This document shows positions 29,374 to 39,168 of a stretch of DNA of 64,000 nt, piece by piece. A model generated the notes under the pieces. It was not told where the DNA came from. It did not search any database and saw only the letters and a program-made list of their open reading frames with translations. The stretch is from Opitutus sp. Lineage in GTDB: Bacteria > Verrucomicrobiota > Verrucomicrobiia > Opitutales > Opitutaceae. A program made the translations under genes and the position numbers. How positions within the stretch are numbered: the stretch's first letter is position 1; every line of letters starts with the position of its first letter. Location of the stretch: NCBI GenBank assembly GCA_013821985.1, contig PNJQ01000009.1, positions 840-64,839 on the forward strand, in the 5' to 3' direction.

Positions 29374-30726
29374 ATGTTCGAAAGCCTTACCGAGAAACTG
29401 ACCGGCGCACTCCGCAACCTCCGCGGCGTCGGCAAGCTGACCGACGAAAACATGGCCGAGGCGCTCAAGGAAGTGCGCGCGGCCCTGCTCGCCGCCGACG
29501 TGCATTTCAAGGTCGCCCGCGAGTTCATCGAGCGCGTGCAGCAGGCCTGCGTCGGCCAGGAAGTCCTGAAGTCCATCACGCCCGGCCAGATGATCATCAA
29601 GATCATCCACGACGAACTCGTCCGCCTCCTCGGTGAAGGCACCACCGAACTCTCCGCCACGCGACCGCTCAAGGTGCTCATGGTCGGCTTGCATGGCTCG
29701 GGCAAAACGACTTCGACCGCCAAGCTCGGCAAGCTGCTCAAGAAAAAGGGTGCGCGGCCGTTCGTCGTCGGTTGCGACGTGTATCGCCCGGCGGCCATCG
29801 ACCAGCTGGAGATTTTGGCGAAGCAGGAGGAATTGGGCTTCTACGCCGACCGCGTTTCCAAGGACGTGCCCGCCATCGGCGGCAAAGCGCTGGAAACCGC
29901 GCTCGAGCAAAACGCCGACATCATCCTCTTCGACACCGCCGGCCGCTTGCAGATCGATCTTGAGTTGATCGACGAAGTGAAACGCCTCCGCGCGAAGGTG
30001 CAACCCGACGAAATCATTCTCGTCGCCGACGGCGCACTCGGCCAGGAGGCCGTGAACGTTGCGAAAACCTTTCACGAGGCGCTCGGGCTGACCGGACTTA
30101 TTTTGACCAAGATGGACGGCGACGCGCGCGGCGGTGCGGCGTTGTCGATCAAGTCCGTCACGGGCGTGCCGATCAAATTCGTCGGCACCGGTGAAAAAAC
30201 GTCTGACTTCGAGGTGTTCCACCCGGACCGGCTGGCCTCACGCATCCTCGGCATGGGCGACGTTGTTTCGCTCGTCGAGAAGGCGCAGGAGAACATCGAT
30301 CAGAAGGAAGCCGAGCGCATGGCGGAAAAGATGCGCAAGGCGGACTTCAACCTCGAGGACTTCCTCTCGCAGATGCAGCAGGTGAAGAAGATGGGCTCGA
30401 TGCAGTCCATCATGGGCATGATGCCCGGCATGAGCGGCGTGGAACTGCCCGGCGACGCTGACAAGCAGATGAAGCGCACCGAAGCCATCATCCTCTCCAT
30501 GACGCCGCAGGAGCGCCGTAAGCCGCAACTCCTCAACGGCGCGCGCCGCATGCGCATCGCCAACGGCGCAGGCGTCAAGGTGCTCGAGGTGAATCAGCTC
30601 ATGAAGCAATTCGAGCAGATGCAGAAAATCATGAAGATGATGAAGGGCGGGAATCAGAAAAAACTGATGCGCCAGATGGAAGCGATGCGTGGCAAAGGCG
30701 GGATGGGCGGCATGCCGGGCTTCTAG
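29374..30726 (+). CDS. ffh: Signal recognition particle protein Ffh
   Basis: [34 protein letters not shown], Met-rich M domain. Confidence 0.97.
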   Translation: MFESLTEKLTGALRNLRGVGKLTDENMAEALKEVRAALLAADVHFKVAREFIERVQQACVGQEVLKSITPGQMIIKIIHDELVRLLGEGTTELSATRPLKVLMVGLHGSGKTTSTAKLGKLLKKKGARPFVVGCDVYRPAAIDQLEILAKQEELGFYADRVSKDVPAIGGKALETALEQNADIILFDTAGRLQIDLELIDEVKRLRAKVQPDEIILVADGALGQEAVNVAKTFHEALGLTGLILTKMDGDARGGAALSIKSVTGVPIKFVGTGEKTSDFEVFHPDRLASRILGMGDVVSLVEKAQENIDQKEAERMAEKMRKADFNLEDFLSQMQQVKKMGSMQSIMGMMPGMSGVELPGDADKQMKRTEAIILSMTPQERRKPQLLNGARRMRIANGAGVKVLEVNQLMKQFEQMQKIMKMMKGGNQKKLMRQMEAMRGKGGMGGMPGF

Positions 30727-30729
30727 GTT

Positions 30730-30845
30730 GTAGGAGCCTGCTTGCAGGCGGCCGAGGGCGATTGTGCCCACCGCTCCCGCTGCAGTGTGAGTTGGGCCGA
30801 TCCGCTTCCCGATCGAAATCCAGCTGCCGACCGGCGGCGCCCTAC
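30730..30845. repeat. GTAG-type REP-like palindromes (inverted pair)
   Basis: GTAGGA-GCCTGC-TT-GCAGGC at 30730; inverted ...GGCGGCGCCCTAC ending at 30845; lies between convergent genes. Confidence 0.6.
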
Positions 30846-30992
30846 ATCTGCGATCGCGTTCGCGAATTTTTATCTCCGGCAGGCGAGCCATTGGCGGCCG
30901 TTCGGTTCAGTCCGCGCATTTCGCGCACACGACACCCGTGAGCAGCGAACTGCGTCACACGCTCGGCCAAGGAGACCTAGGGAGCCCGCGCG

Positions 30993-32390
30993 TCACGCCA
31001 GGAGGAGATGCGGAATACCGGGAATATTCCCGCGCGTCGAACGACGGCCCGGCACGGCGTCGAGCCGCCAGAACGTGCCGCCTTCCGCTTCGTAGCGCTC
31101 CATCCCGCGATCGACGGCGCGCACGCCATCCACGACGACGCGGCGGATGTCGGTGAGGACGGAAATCTGCTCGGCGTAGGCGCGTTCGACAAAGCTCGTG
31201 TCGAGCGCAGAGGCATCGACCGTTTCGATGCCCTTTACCACCGCCACGCTGCGACCCGCATCGCCGGCGCGGGGCTTGTCCGTGTAACGCTTCGCAGCGC
31301 GGAGAGCCTTGTCCATGCTCGAGGCATAAAGCGTCACTTTGCCCGTGCCGGAAACGAGCTTCGGGGCGAGTTCGACCTTGAACGTGTCCGCGTCGATGTC
31401 CGGCGCAGTGAGGATCACTTCCTTGAAACGCGTGCGCAGTTCGGGCGACTCCGTGAACAGCGTAGCGAGCGCCTTGGCGAGCGCACGGGCGCCGAGCGAG
31501 TGCGCGATGAGGTAGATGTTTTCCGCCTCAGACTTCGTCGCATAGTCGCGCAGAAAGGCGCGGAGATGCGGTTCGGTCCATTCGACGTTCTGCTCATCGA
31601 CAAGATACGCGTCCTCGCTGCCCTGCGAAGGCCAGCTGTAGAACACCGGGGCGCCGGGGAAATCGAGGTCGTAAGTGATCTGCGCGGTGCGGCGCGCAGC
31701 GTCGTCGAAGCCGACATTGAAACCGGGCACGAAGACGAACGACGCCTTGCTGCCACCCTGCTGGAGCGTCGTGCGGATGCCGGCGAAGAATCTCTCCTGA
31801 TCAGTGACCTCGCGTCCGACGATCACCATGTGTTCGCGCGGATTGTGATCGATCTCGAGTTGCCAGACCGGCGGTCGCTCGATTTCGCCCGGCTTGTGGG
31901 TGCGCGGAATCGACACCGAGACGTTGCCGTAGCTCACGGCGTCGTTGCGCTCGCCCCCAAAACGGCCTTCCTCGCCGGTCGCCTTTCGATCGGTCGCAAA
32001 AAATACCCGCACGCGATCAAACTGTTCGTCGCGTTCGATATTGGGGTTGGCCTTGATGAGCGATTCCCGGGCGCGTGCTTCGGCCGCCCGACGGGCTGAA
32101 TCGCCATCGCGCGCGGCACGTTCGGCCGCGCCACGCTCGACGCGCGCGCGGTATTCCGCTTCCTGCCGGGCCTGCTCGGCCGCGTCAATTTCAGGCGGTG
32201 GAGGGGGCGGCGGCGGAGACGGCGGTGCGGGAGGTGGAGGTGGAGGCGGCGGTGGCTGAATGCTGTCGGCAACGTTGTCCGGAGCCGGTGCGGCGGTCGG
32301 CGCCGGCGCGGGCGCGATCGAACAGGCGGAGACCAACAACAGGCCGAGCAACGCCAAGCCACTGAACGACGAAAATAGACCACGCCTCAT
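30993..32390 (-). CDS. DUF900 alpha/beta-hydrolase-fold lipoprotein, probably catalytically degenerate
   Basis: Lipobox VSAC, Pro-rich linker, FFATDR, YSWPS, AHSLG, APDID; catalytic His position reads Arg. Confidence 0.85.
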   Translation of the reverse strand: MRRGLFSSFSGLALLGLLLVSACSIAPAPAPTAAPAPDNVADSIQPPPPPPPPPAPPSPPPPPPPPEIDAAEQARQEAEYRARVERGAAERAARDGDSARRAAEARARESLIKANPNIERDEQFDRVRVFFATDRKATGEEGRFGGERNDAVSYGNVSVSIPRTHKPGEIERPPVWQLEIDHNPREHMVIVGREVTDQERFFAGIRTTLQQGGSKASFVFVPGFNVGFDDAARRTAQITYDLDFPGAPVFYSWPSQGSEDAYLVDEQNVEWTEPHLRAFLRDYATKSEAENIYLIAHSLGARALAKALATLFTESPELRTRFKEVILTAPDIDADTFKVELAPKLVSGTGKVTLYASSMDKALRAAKRYTDKPRAGDAGRSVAVVKGIETVDASALDTSFVERAYAEQISVLTDIRRVVVDGVRAVDRGMERYEAEGGTFWRLDAVPGRRSTRGNIPGIPHLLLA

Positions 32391-32415
32391 CGGGCTCGAC
32401 GATGAGACTCCGTGT

Positions 32416-33699
32416 TCAGCGGGCCAGTTCGAATTTCCAATAGCGGGCGCCGGCCGGGGCGGAAATTTCCCGCAGTCCGCGATCGGCCGCGCGGAGTCCC
32501 TCGAGCACGAGCCGCCGGATATCCGTCAGCACGGAACCGCTTTCGGCGAAGTAGGAATGCTCGAGAAAGCTCGTATCGAGCCCCGACGCATCGACGGTTT
32601 CGATGCCAGGCACGACGGCGATACCGTCCGCCGAATCGCCGAGGCGCGGATAGCCGTGAACTTTTTTTGAAGCGAGGAGCGCCTTATCGCCGTCGGAAAC
32701 GTAGAGGGTGATCTTGTCGCATCCGGCGACGAGCTTCGGTGCGATTTCGCGCGTGAAGACGTCCGCATCGACATCGGGCGCGGTGAGGATGATCTCCCTG
32801 AAACGTCCCTTCAGTTCCGGGTGCTCGGTGAACAGCGCCGCGACGGCCCGGGTGAGCGCGCGATTGCCCATCGAGTGGGCGATGAGATAAATATCCTTCG
32901 CCCCGGAATTCTGCGCGTAATCGAGGAGGAAATTCTTCAGGTTGAGCTGGCTCCACTCAACGTTGCTTTCGTCGATCGTGTAGCCCTCGAGCGAGGCTTG
33001 CGACGGCCAGCTGTAGAATACCGGGGCGCCACGAAATGCGAGATCGTAGGTGATCTGCGCCGTGCGACGCGCGGCATCGTCGAAGGCGACGTTGTAGCCG
33101 TGGACGAAGACGAAAGACGCGTCGCTGCCGCCCCGCTCGAGCGTTGCACGGATGTCGTCGAAGAAATCCTCGCGCGGAAAGATCGAGCGCCGGACGATCA
33201 CCATGTGTTTTCGCGGATCCTCGGAAAATTCCAGGCGCCAGATCGAGGGGCGCTCGATGCCACCGATCTTGTGTTCGCGCGGAATGCTGACGAACACGCT
33301 GCCGTAGGTGAGGTCGCGGCCTCGCTCGCCGCCGAACACGCCCTCATTCGCCAGCTGCCGATCGGTCGCGAAAAACACGCGGACTTGATCAAACTCGTTT
33401 CCGCCCGCGACGTTTGGATTCGGCATTGCGGCCGGAGCAGGCGCAACCATCGCGGGCGGACGCGCGGCCGTCGGAGCGGGCTGCGCCGTCCGGGCCGGAC
33501 GGCGCGCGGCGGGTGCGGGCCTCTCCATCGGTGACGGAGGCAGCGCCGCCGGAGGAGGTGTTGACGCGACCTCGACTGGTTTCGGCGCTGCTGGTGCGGC
33601 CGTCGCGACCGGCATGGGTTCCGTCAGTGGCGCGCTGGCGCAGCCGCCGAGCATCAGCATCAACCAGGCGACGAGAGGCAGCGTCGGTCGAATGATCAT
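32416..33699 (-). CDS. DUF900 alpha/beta-hydrolase lipoprotein
   Basis: Lipobox LGGC, FVHGYN, YSWPS, AHSMG, APDVD, D.AL, HSYF. ATGA overlap with the upstream gene. Confidence 0.9.
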   Translation of the reverse strand: MIIRPTLPLVAWLMLMLGGCASAPLTEPMPVATAAPAAPKPVEVASTPPPAALPPSPMERPAPAARRPARTAQPAPTAARPPAMVAPAPAAMPNPNVAGGNEFDQVRVFFATDRQLANEGVFGGERGRDLTYGSVFVSIPREHKIGGIERPSIWRLEFSEDPRKHMVIVRRSIFPREDFFDDIRATLERGGSDASFVFVHGYNVAFDDAARRTAQITYDLAFRGAPVFYSWPSQASLEGYTIDESNVEWSQLNLKNFLLDYAQNSGAKDIYLIAHSMGNRALTRAVAALFTEHPELKGRFREIILTAPDVDADVFTREIAPKLVAGCDKITLYVSDGDKALLASKKVHGYPRLGDSADGIAVVPGIETVDASGLDTSFLEHSYFAESGSVLTDIRRLVLEGLRAADRGLREISAPAGARYWKFELAR

Positions 33700-35216
33700 T
33701 TTTTCGGCAACGGAAAGGATTCCTCGGCATAGCGGACGAGGTCGAGTGCGGTTTCTCCGTCCGCGTCCGTCCACTTGCTCTGCTTGAATTGCTTTTCCAT
33801 GGCGGCCAACCACGCGAGGCCGGCGCGATCCGTTCCGCCTTCGTTCCGGTAGAATCGCATCAGCGCGACCGAATAGACGATCGCGTCAGCCAAAAACGGC
33901 TCGGCGAGCGCGGCTTTCATCTCCGGCGCGGTGGGAAGGATGAAATTGGTCAATGCCTTCGCGGCTTCGAGGCGCTGATCCTTGTGGCCGTTGCGGCCGT
34001 ATAGAATCAGCGCGTTCCGATAATTTTCCGTCTCGCGATTGATGTCTGACCGGTCCGGCTGCGACTGTCGTTGGAGCTCCGTCAGCTTTTTTCCGTAGTG
34101 ATCGACGAGGGCATGCGCGGCACTGAAGTCACCGCTCTCCGCGGCCTTTTCGAGCAGCGGCAGCGCCGCGGCCACGTCTTTCGGCAGCCCGTCTCCCGTG
34201 TAAAGGCGGATGCCGAGATACGCGCGGGCTGTGTCGTCGTTGTCTTTGACGCCTTGCTCGAGAACGCGTTTCAGTTGGGCGGAATCCACGATCGCGAGCG
34301 CGTCCTTCTTCGCTTGGGCGAGAATGTAGCGACGTGCTTCGAGGTCGCCGCGCTTTTCCGCGGCGTAAATGTGCAACGCGCCTTGCTCTTTGTTCTGCGG
34401 CACGCCGCGGCCCTCGTAGAGCAGCTGTCCGTAATAGAACTCCGCGTCTGTGCGGCCTTCAATGACGGCGGCTTTCAGCAAGCGCGCGGCTTCCTTGTCA
34501 TCTTTCTTCAGGCCGCCTTCGCCGCGCAGATACATGCCGCCGAGGCGGGCCTGCGCCTCGGGGTGACCGCCTTCGGCCGCACGTTTCAACCAGAGCAACG
34601 CGCGCGCGGGATCCTTGGAGTAACCGTAGGCACCCTGCCGGTAGCCTTCGGAGAGCCAATACTGGCCGCGGGCGTAGCCGCTCTCGGCGGCGCGCTCGCG
34701 CCATTCCTTCGGCGGATTACCCCCCGCGGGATTTTCGATCCATGCGTTGATGTATTCCTCCGCAAGTTGCCACTGTGCCTCGGGGTCGCCCTCTTCCGCA
34801 CGGGCGAGCAGCTTCGGTTCGGGGCGCTCGAGCGGTAACAGGCCGCTCAAGTGACCACGCTTTTCGAGTTCGCGCGCAATTTCCTTCGCCGCGCCGTCGC
34901 CGGTCGCAGCGGCCTCCGTGATAAGTTGCCGGCCCAACTCGCGATCAAGCGGGACGCCGCGGCCCTGGAAATGCAGCATGCCGAGCAGAGCTTTGGCAGT
35001 CGGCGCCGCGGGATTTTCCGCGAGCGCCTTGCGGATGTAGTGCGCCGCTTTGGTGATGTCGCGCCCGCCCTTCTTTTTGGCGAGGAACACCTGCGCCGCC
35101 TGCTCGCACGCCGCGACGTCCCCGGCATCGGCGCGCCGCAGCAAGTCAGCGTCGGGAACGTCGGCGGCAGCCACGCCAACGCAGACGGAGAAAACCAACA
35201 GCAGTCGTCGGATCAT
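33696..35216 (-). CDS. Secreted Sel1-repeat protein
   Basis: Multiple A...LG.MY..G.G...D...A...L..AA..G repeats; signal peptide. Confidence 0.9.
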   Translation of the reverse strand: MIRRLLLVFSVCVGVAAADVPDADLLRRADAGDVAACEQAAQVFLAKKKGGRDITKAAHYIRKALAENPAAPTAKALLGMLHFQGRGVPLDRELGRQLITEAAATGDGAAKEIARELEKRGHLSGLLPLERPEPKLLARAEEGDPEAQWQLAEEYINAWIENPAGGNPPKEWRERAAESGYARGQYWLSEGYRQGAYGYSKDPARALLWLKRAAEGGHPEAQARLGGMYLRGEGGLKKDDKEAARLLKAAVIEGRTDAEFYYGQLLYEGRGVPQNKEQGALHIYAAEKRGDLEARRYILAQAKKDALAIVDSAQLKRVLEQGVKDNDDTARAYLGIRLYTGDGLPKDVAAALPLLEKAAESGDFSAAHALVDHYGKKLTELQRQSQPDRSDINRETENYRNALILYGRNGHKDQRLEAAKALTNFILPTAPEMKAALAEPFLADAIVYSVALMRFYRNEGGTDRAGLAWLAAMEKQFKQSKWTDADGETALDLVRYAEESFPLPKK

Positions 35217-36370
35217 TTCGCGAGCCGTTTGAGTTCCGCGTGCGCGAGAGAATCCTCGATGTAAGATTTTTGATTCATCGCGAGGGCTGACTGAAAGCGC
35301 AGGCGCGCGGTCGATTTGTCACCGGCCTGCAGGCGTGCCAGACCGATGTAGAAGTGCATCTCGCACGTCCATCCGGCGAGTTCAGAGTCATCCGTGGTGC
35401 CTTGCGCGGCATTTTCGAATTCCTCTTCAGTCAACTGGCCGACGATGAACCGGGCGATTGACTGAGACCACGGGCGTTTCGTCCAGCCGCCCCAGGAGGT
35501 CGCGAGGCGCTTGTCGGCCGCCCCGGTGCGCAGGAGTGCAAAATGGCGAATGTAGAGCGGATAGGCGCTGTCGTCCGGGGCCAAGTCGGCGGCTTGCGTA
35601 AGCAAAGCGGCCGCGGCGGCGTAGTCGCCTTGGCCGAATTGTGCGTAGCCGGCCAGCCGCAAGGCGATCGCCGTCTGCGGGGCGAGCGCGAGGATCTTGG
35701 TGGCATCCTCGATCGCGCCGGACCAATCCTGACGCGCAAACTTGATCCAGCCGCGCTGGTTGATTGCGTCGCCGTGGCTGGGGTCGAGGCGGATGACGCG
35801 ACTGTAGTCGGCCAGCGCCGAGGAAGTGTTTTCATTTTCCTCGTGGATTTGTCCGCGCATGTAGAGCGCCGGCACCATGTCGGGATCGAGTTCGATCGCT
35901 CGGTTCAAGTCGGCTAACGCCCGGTCATTGTCCTGCAGCGCGCGATACACCTCGGCTCTCGCCCCGTGTAGGATGGCGTCGCCGGCCTTGATCGCGATCG
36001 CTTTCGTGAAGTCCTCCGCACTGCCCGTGAAGTCCTTTTGGTTGTATCGCAGGCTGCCGCGCCAGCGGTAGGCATTTTCATGCTTCGGATTGAGGCTGAT
36101 CGCCTGGGCAAAATCCACCCGGGCTCCACTGAGGTCCTGCAGGCTCATTTTTGCCAGACCGCGGGCCGCCCAAACGTTGTCCGCCTTCGGCTCTTTTTCG
36201 AGGATCTCATTGTAGTCCTCGATGGCGCCTTTGTAGTCGCTCGCATTAAGTTTTTCGTTCGCTGCGGTGAAGAGCGCTTGCAGCGCAGCGTCGTCCGCCG
36301 CGACGAGCGAATTCGTCGCGACACAAAGCAAGGCCAGCGCAAATCGGACAACGGACAGGCGGAAGGACAT
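35213..36370 (-). CDS. Secreted TPR protein with NlpI-like C-terminus
   Basis: About 7 TPRs (A..D...AI.L.P), then W...I.RF..G.L...CE.HFYIG. Confidence 0.88.
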   Translation of the reverse strand: MSFRLSVVRFALALLCVATNSLVAADDAALQALFTAANEKLNASDYKGAIEDYNEILEKEPKADNVWAARGLAKMSLQDLSGARVDFAQAISLNPKHENAYRWRGSLRYNQKDFTGSAEDFTKAIAIKAGDAILHGARAEVYRALQDNDRALADLNRAIELDPDMVPALYMRGQIHEENENTSSALADYSRVIRLDPSHGDAINQRGWIKFARQDWSGAIEDATKILALAPQTAIALRLAGYAQFGQGDYAAAAALLTQAADLAPDDSAYPLYIRHFALLRTGAADKRLATSWGGWTKRPWSQSIARFIVGQLTEEEFENAAQGTTDDSELAGWTCEMHFYIGLARLQAGDKSTARLRFQSALAMNQKSYIEDSLAHAELKRLAK

Positions 36371-36533
36371 GGTGAGGAAGGTGGGGTTGGCCCAAGCAGA
36401 CGCGCAGTTCTTCGTGCGCCCCGCGTGGAAGTGTAAGTGACCGACGAACGCCGGGGAGTTTTCTTAGGGGAATTCGCAGCGCAAGCCCGCAAAAGCCCTC
36501 ATGCTTCACGAAGCATCGGCGAGCGCTTCAGCT

Positions 36534-37178
36534 TCACCCGCCGCGCAAGGCGGCAGCGAGCGCGGCCAGCTTGGCGGGATCTTTCACGCCCGGTGCCGAT
36601 TCGACGCCGCTGTTCACGTCCACGAATTGCGCCTGACTCTGCGCGAGCGCGGAGCGGATGTTCTCCGGCTTGAGTCCACCGGCGAGCACCCAGCGCGGGC
36701 GCTTGAATTTGCCCTGCAGCCAGGCGAATGCCGCCCAGTCGCCCGTCGCACCGGTGCCGCCGTGCTGGGTTGGGTGATAGCTATCGAGAAGGAATGTGTC
36801 GGCCAGCGGCACGAAACACGGATCGAACTCACGGCCCGGCGGCACGCGCGGCGCGAGCCAGAGCTTCTCGTGGGAGACGATCTCGGTCCAGCTCGCCGCC
36901 TCGAAAAACGGCGTTTCGTTTGGAAAGTGCAGCTGGATGAAATCGAAGCCCGCGTCGCGCACGCGGGCGAGCGCGTCGATGTCCGAATAAACCATCACCC
37001 CGACCTTCGGCAGCGCCGGCAGCTCGCCGCGCCACTCGTGGAATCGCTCGATCGTGACATGCCGCGGGGATGCCGGGTGCAGCACGAAACCAAGAAAATC
37101 CGCGCCGATGCCCGCCGCCGCGTGCGCATCCGCCGCCGAGGTGAGACCGCAGATCTTGAGATTGATTCCGTTAATCAC
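36534..37178 (-). CDS. trpF: Phosphoribosylanthranilate isomerase
   Basis: KICGLT, SPR.V, IQLH, GGTG..GDW, LAGGL, VDVNSGVE..PG.KD. Confidence 0.93.
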   Translation of the reverse strand: MINGINLKICGLTSAADAHAAAGIGADFLGFVLHPASPRHVTIERFHEWRGELPALPKVGVMVYSDIDALARVRDAGFDFIQLHFPNETPFFEAASWTEIVSHEKLWLAPRVPPGREFDPCFVPLADTFLLDSYHPTQHGGTGATGDWAAFAWLQGKFKRPRWVLAGGLKPENIRSALAQSQAQFVDVNSGVESAPGVKDPAKLAALAAALRGG

Positions 37179-37196
37179 GAGCGGGCGAAGTGCGGA

Positions 37197-38297
37197 TTAT
37201 GCCACGAAGGAATTCACCGCCGCGATGACGTGCGCGACCTGCTCATCCGTGAGCTCCGGGAAGATCGGCAGGCTCACGCAACGCCCGCTCGTGTGCTCGG
37301 CGATCGGCACGCTGCCCTTCGCGTAGCCAAGCGCCGCGTAGCAAGGCTGCAGGTGCATCGGTCCGGGATAGATGATGTCGGTGCCGACGCCTTGCTGTTC
37401 GAGATGGGTGCGCAACGCATCGCGGCGCGGGTGCAGGATCGTGAACTGGTGCCACACACTCTCGCCGTAAGACGGCACGACGGGAAGCTGCACATGCGGA
37501 TTCGTGATCCCGGCGCGATACTGGGCGGCGATCGCGCGGCGGCGTGCGGTGTAGCGTGCGATGTGCTTGAGTTTGATGTTCAGCACCGCGCCCTGAAAAC
37601 CATCCATGCGGAAATTGAAACCGACTTCCGTGTGCAGGTAACGCTTCGGCGAACCGTGCACGCGCAGCAGTTGCGCCTGGTCCATCACCGCCGCGTGTTT
37701 CGAGACGAACGCCCCACCCTCGCCGCACGCACCGAGGTTTTTCGTCGGATAAAAACTGAACGTGCCGCAGTCGCCAATCGAGCCAACCGGTTTGCCGCGG
37801 TAGCTTGCGCCGACGGCCTGCGCGCAATCTTCAACGACGAACAGGTTATGCTGCGCCGCGAGCGCCATGATTTCATCCATTCGCGCCGGTTGGCCAAAGA
37901 TGTGGACGACCACGAGGCCCTTGGTGCGCGGCGTGATCGCCTTGGCAATCGCTTCCGGACTGATGCACCAAGTGTCCGCATCGATATCGACGAACACCGG
38001 CGTCGCCCCGACGTAGCTGATGCCCCAGCAGCTCGACGCGAACGTGAACGGCGTCGTGATGACCTCATCGCCTGGCCCGAATCCCCCGCAGAGCGACGCC
38101 AGGTGCAACGGCGAGGTGCCGCTATTCACGCCGAGCGTGCGTGGATAGCCGAATTGGGTGCTGAACGCTTTTTCGAAATCCTCGACGTCTTTGCCGAGGC
38201 AGAATCGGGTGGCGTCGTAAGTCGCGGCGAGCGCGGCAAGCACTTCGTCGCGAATGGCCTGATGCTGGGGTTTCAGGTCGAGGAATGGGACTTTCAT
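37197..38297 (-). CDS. DegT/DnrJ/EryC1/StrS sugar aminotransferase
   Basis: VPFLDL, EDCAQAVG, SFYPTKNLGA.GEGG, G.N.RMD, SLPIFP. Confidence 0.93.
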   Translation of the reverse strand: MKVPFLDLKPQHQAIRDEVLAALAATYDATRFCLGKDVEDFEKAFSTQFGYPRTLGVNSGTSPLHLASLCGGFGPGDEVITTPFTFASSCWGISYVGATPVFVDIDADTWCISPEAIAKAITPRTKGLVVVHIFGQPARMDEIMALAAQHNLFVVEDCAQAVGASYRGKPVGSIGDCGTFSFYPTKNLGACGEGGAFVSKHAAVMDQAQLLRVHGSPKRYLHTEVGFNFRMDGFQGAVLNIKLKHIARYTARRRAIAAQYRAGITNPHVQLPVVPSYGESVWHQFTILHPRRDALRTHLEQQGVGTDIIYPGPMHLQPCYAALGYAKGSVPIAEHTSGRCVSLPIFPELTDEQVAHVIAAVNSFVA

Positions 38298-38370
38298 CGG
38301 AGAAAATATTGCCCGCGAACACTCGCGAATCGGCGCGAATCCAACTGCGGCTGCGCCGACATCGCGTCGA

Positions 38371-39168
38371 TTAGCGGGCGAGTTTCCGGGTCATGGCTTC
38401 GACGAGCGAATCGAGGCTCGCTTCCGCCGCTTCGAAATCGACCGGCAGACCGAGCTGCTTCATCGCGGCGCTTGTCGTCGCACCGATGCTCCCGGCGAGC
38501 GGACGCTTCGCGCGCGCGCCAAGCTTCATCGCCGCGGCCTGGTCGAAAAATGACTGTGCCGCCGACGGACTCGCGAACAGGATCGCATCGGCCCCGCGCT
38601 CGCGGAAATCCGCCGCAACCGGATCTGCCGCGAGGCTGGTCTCCTCGGTCTTGTAGATCGGCAGTCGATCGACGATCGCGTGTGCGTCGTGTAATTTGTC
38701 CACGAGCGTGTCGCGGTTGAGATTGCCGGTGACGACGAGGATCTTCGCGCTGTCGATCGACTCGCGCTCGAGCATGAGCTGGGCGAGCTCGTCGGCATTC
38801 GCCTTTTTCGGCATCAGGTCGATGCGGAGATGTTTCGAACGGATCACCTCGGCCGTCGCTTCGCCGACAACGGCGACGCGCAGCAGACCCATCGCGCGGA
38901 TGTCGTCGAATGCCTTGTGGAATTCCTCAAAGAAAAACCGCGCGCCATTCGCGCTGGTGAAGACAATCCATTCGTATTGCCCAAGCTCGGCAAAAATCTC
39001 AACCAGCGTGGACTTGTCGTAGTGTTTCGTGACTTGGATGAGCGGCAGCTCGATGACCTCGGCGCCCTGCGCCTCGAGTTGGGTGCGCCATTCGCCGCAC
39101 TGCTCGCGCGGACGCGTGATCACGATGCGGCGGCCGTCGAGCGGTCGGGAGTTTGATTTGGTGGCCAT
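38371..39168 (-). CDS. hemD: Uroporphyrinogen-III synthase
   Basis: VITRP, IVFTSANG, VGEATA, FASPSA, SIG.TT; directly downstream of hemC. Confidence 0.9.
   Translation of the reverse strand: MATKSNSRPLDGRRIVITRPREQCGEWRTQLEAQGAEVIELPLIQVTKHYDKSTLVEIFAELGQYEWIVFTSANGARFFFEEFHKAFDDIRAMGLLRVAVVGEATAEVIRSKHLRIDLMPKKANADELAQLMLERESIDSAKILVVTGNLNRDTLVDKLHDAHAIVDRLPIYKTEETSLAADPVAADFRERGADAILFASPSAAQSFFDQAAAMKLGARAKRPLAGSIGATTSAAMKQLGLPVDFEAAEASLDSLVEAMTRKLAR

Noticed and set aside
29285-30990. SRP RNA (ffs) near ffh
   Set aside because: No conserved domain IV motif (CAGG...GGAA...AGCAG) in the flanking spacers.
32200-32260. GGT/GGA/GGC triplet run
   Set aside because: Encodes the poly-Pro linker of the lipoprotein; not an independent element.
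36501-38720. 739-aa plus-strand ORF, and similar long ORFs at 10635-12926, 52152-54116, 45628-47259, 14579-16030 and 6436-7827
   Set aside because: Antisense or alternate-frame shadows of well-supported genes; Arg/Ala-rich, motif-free translations expected at high GC.
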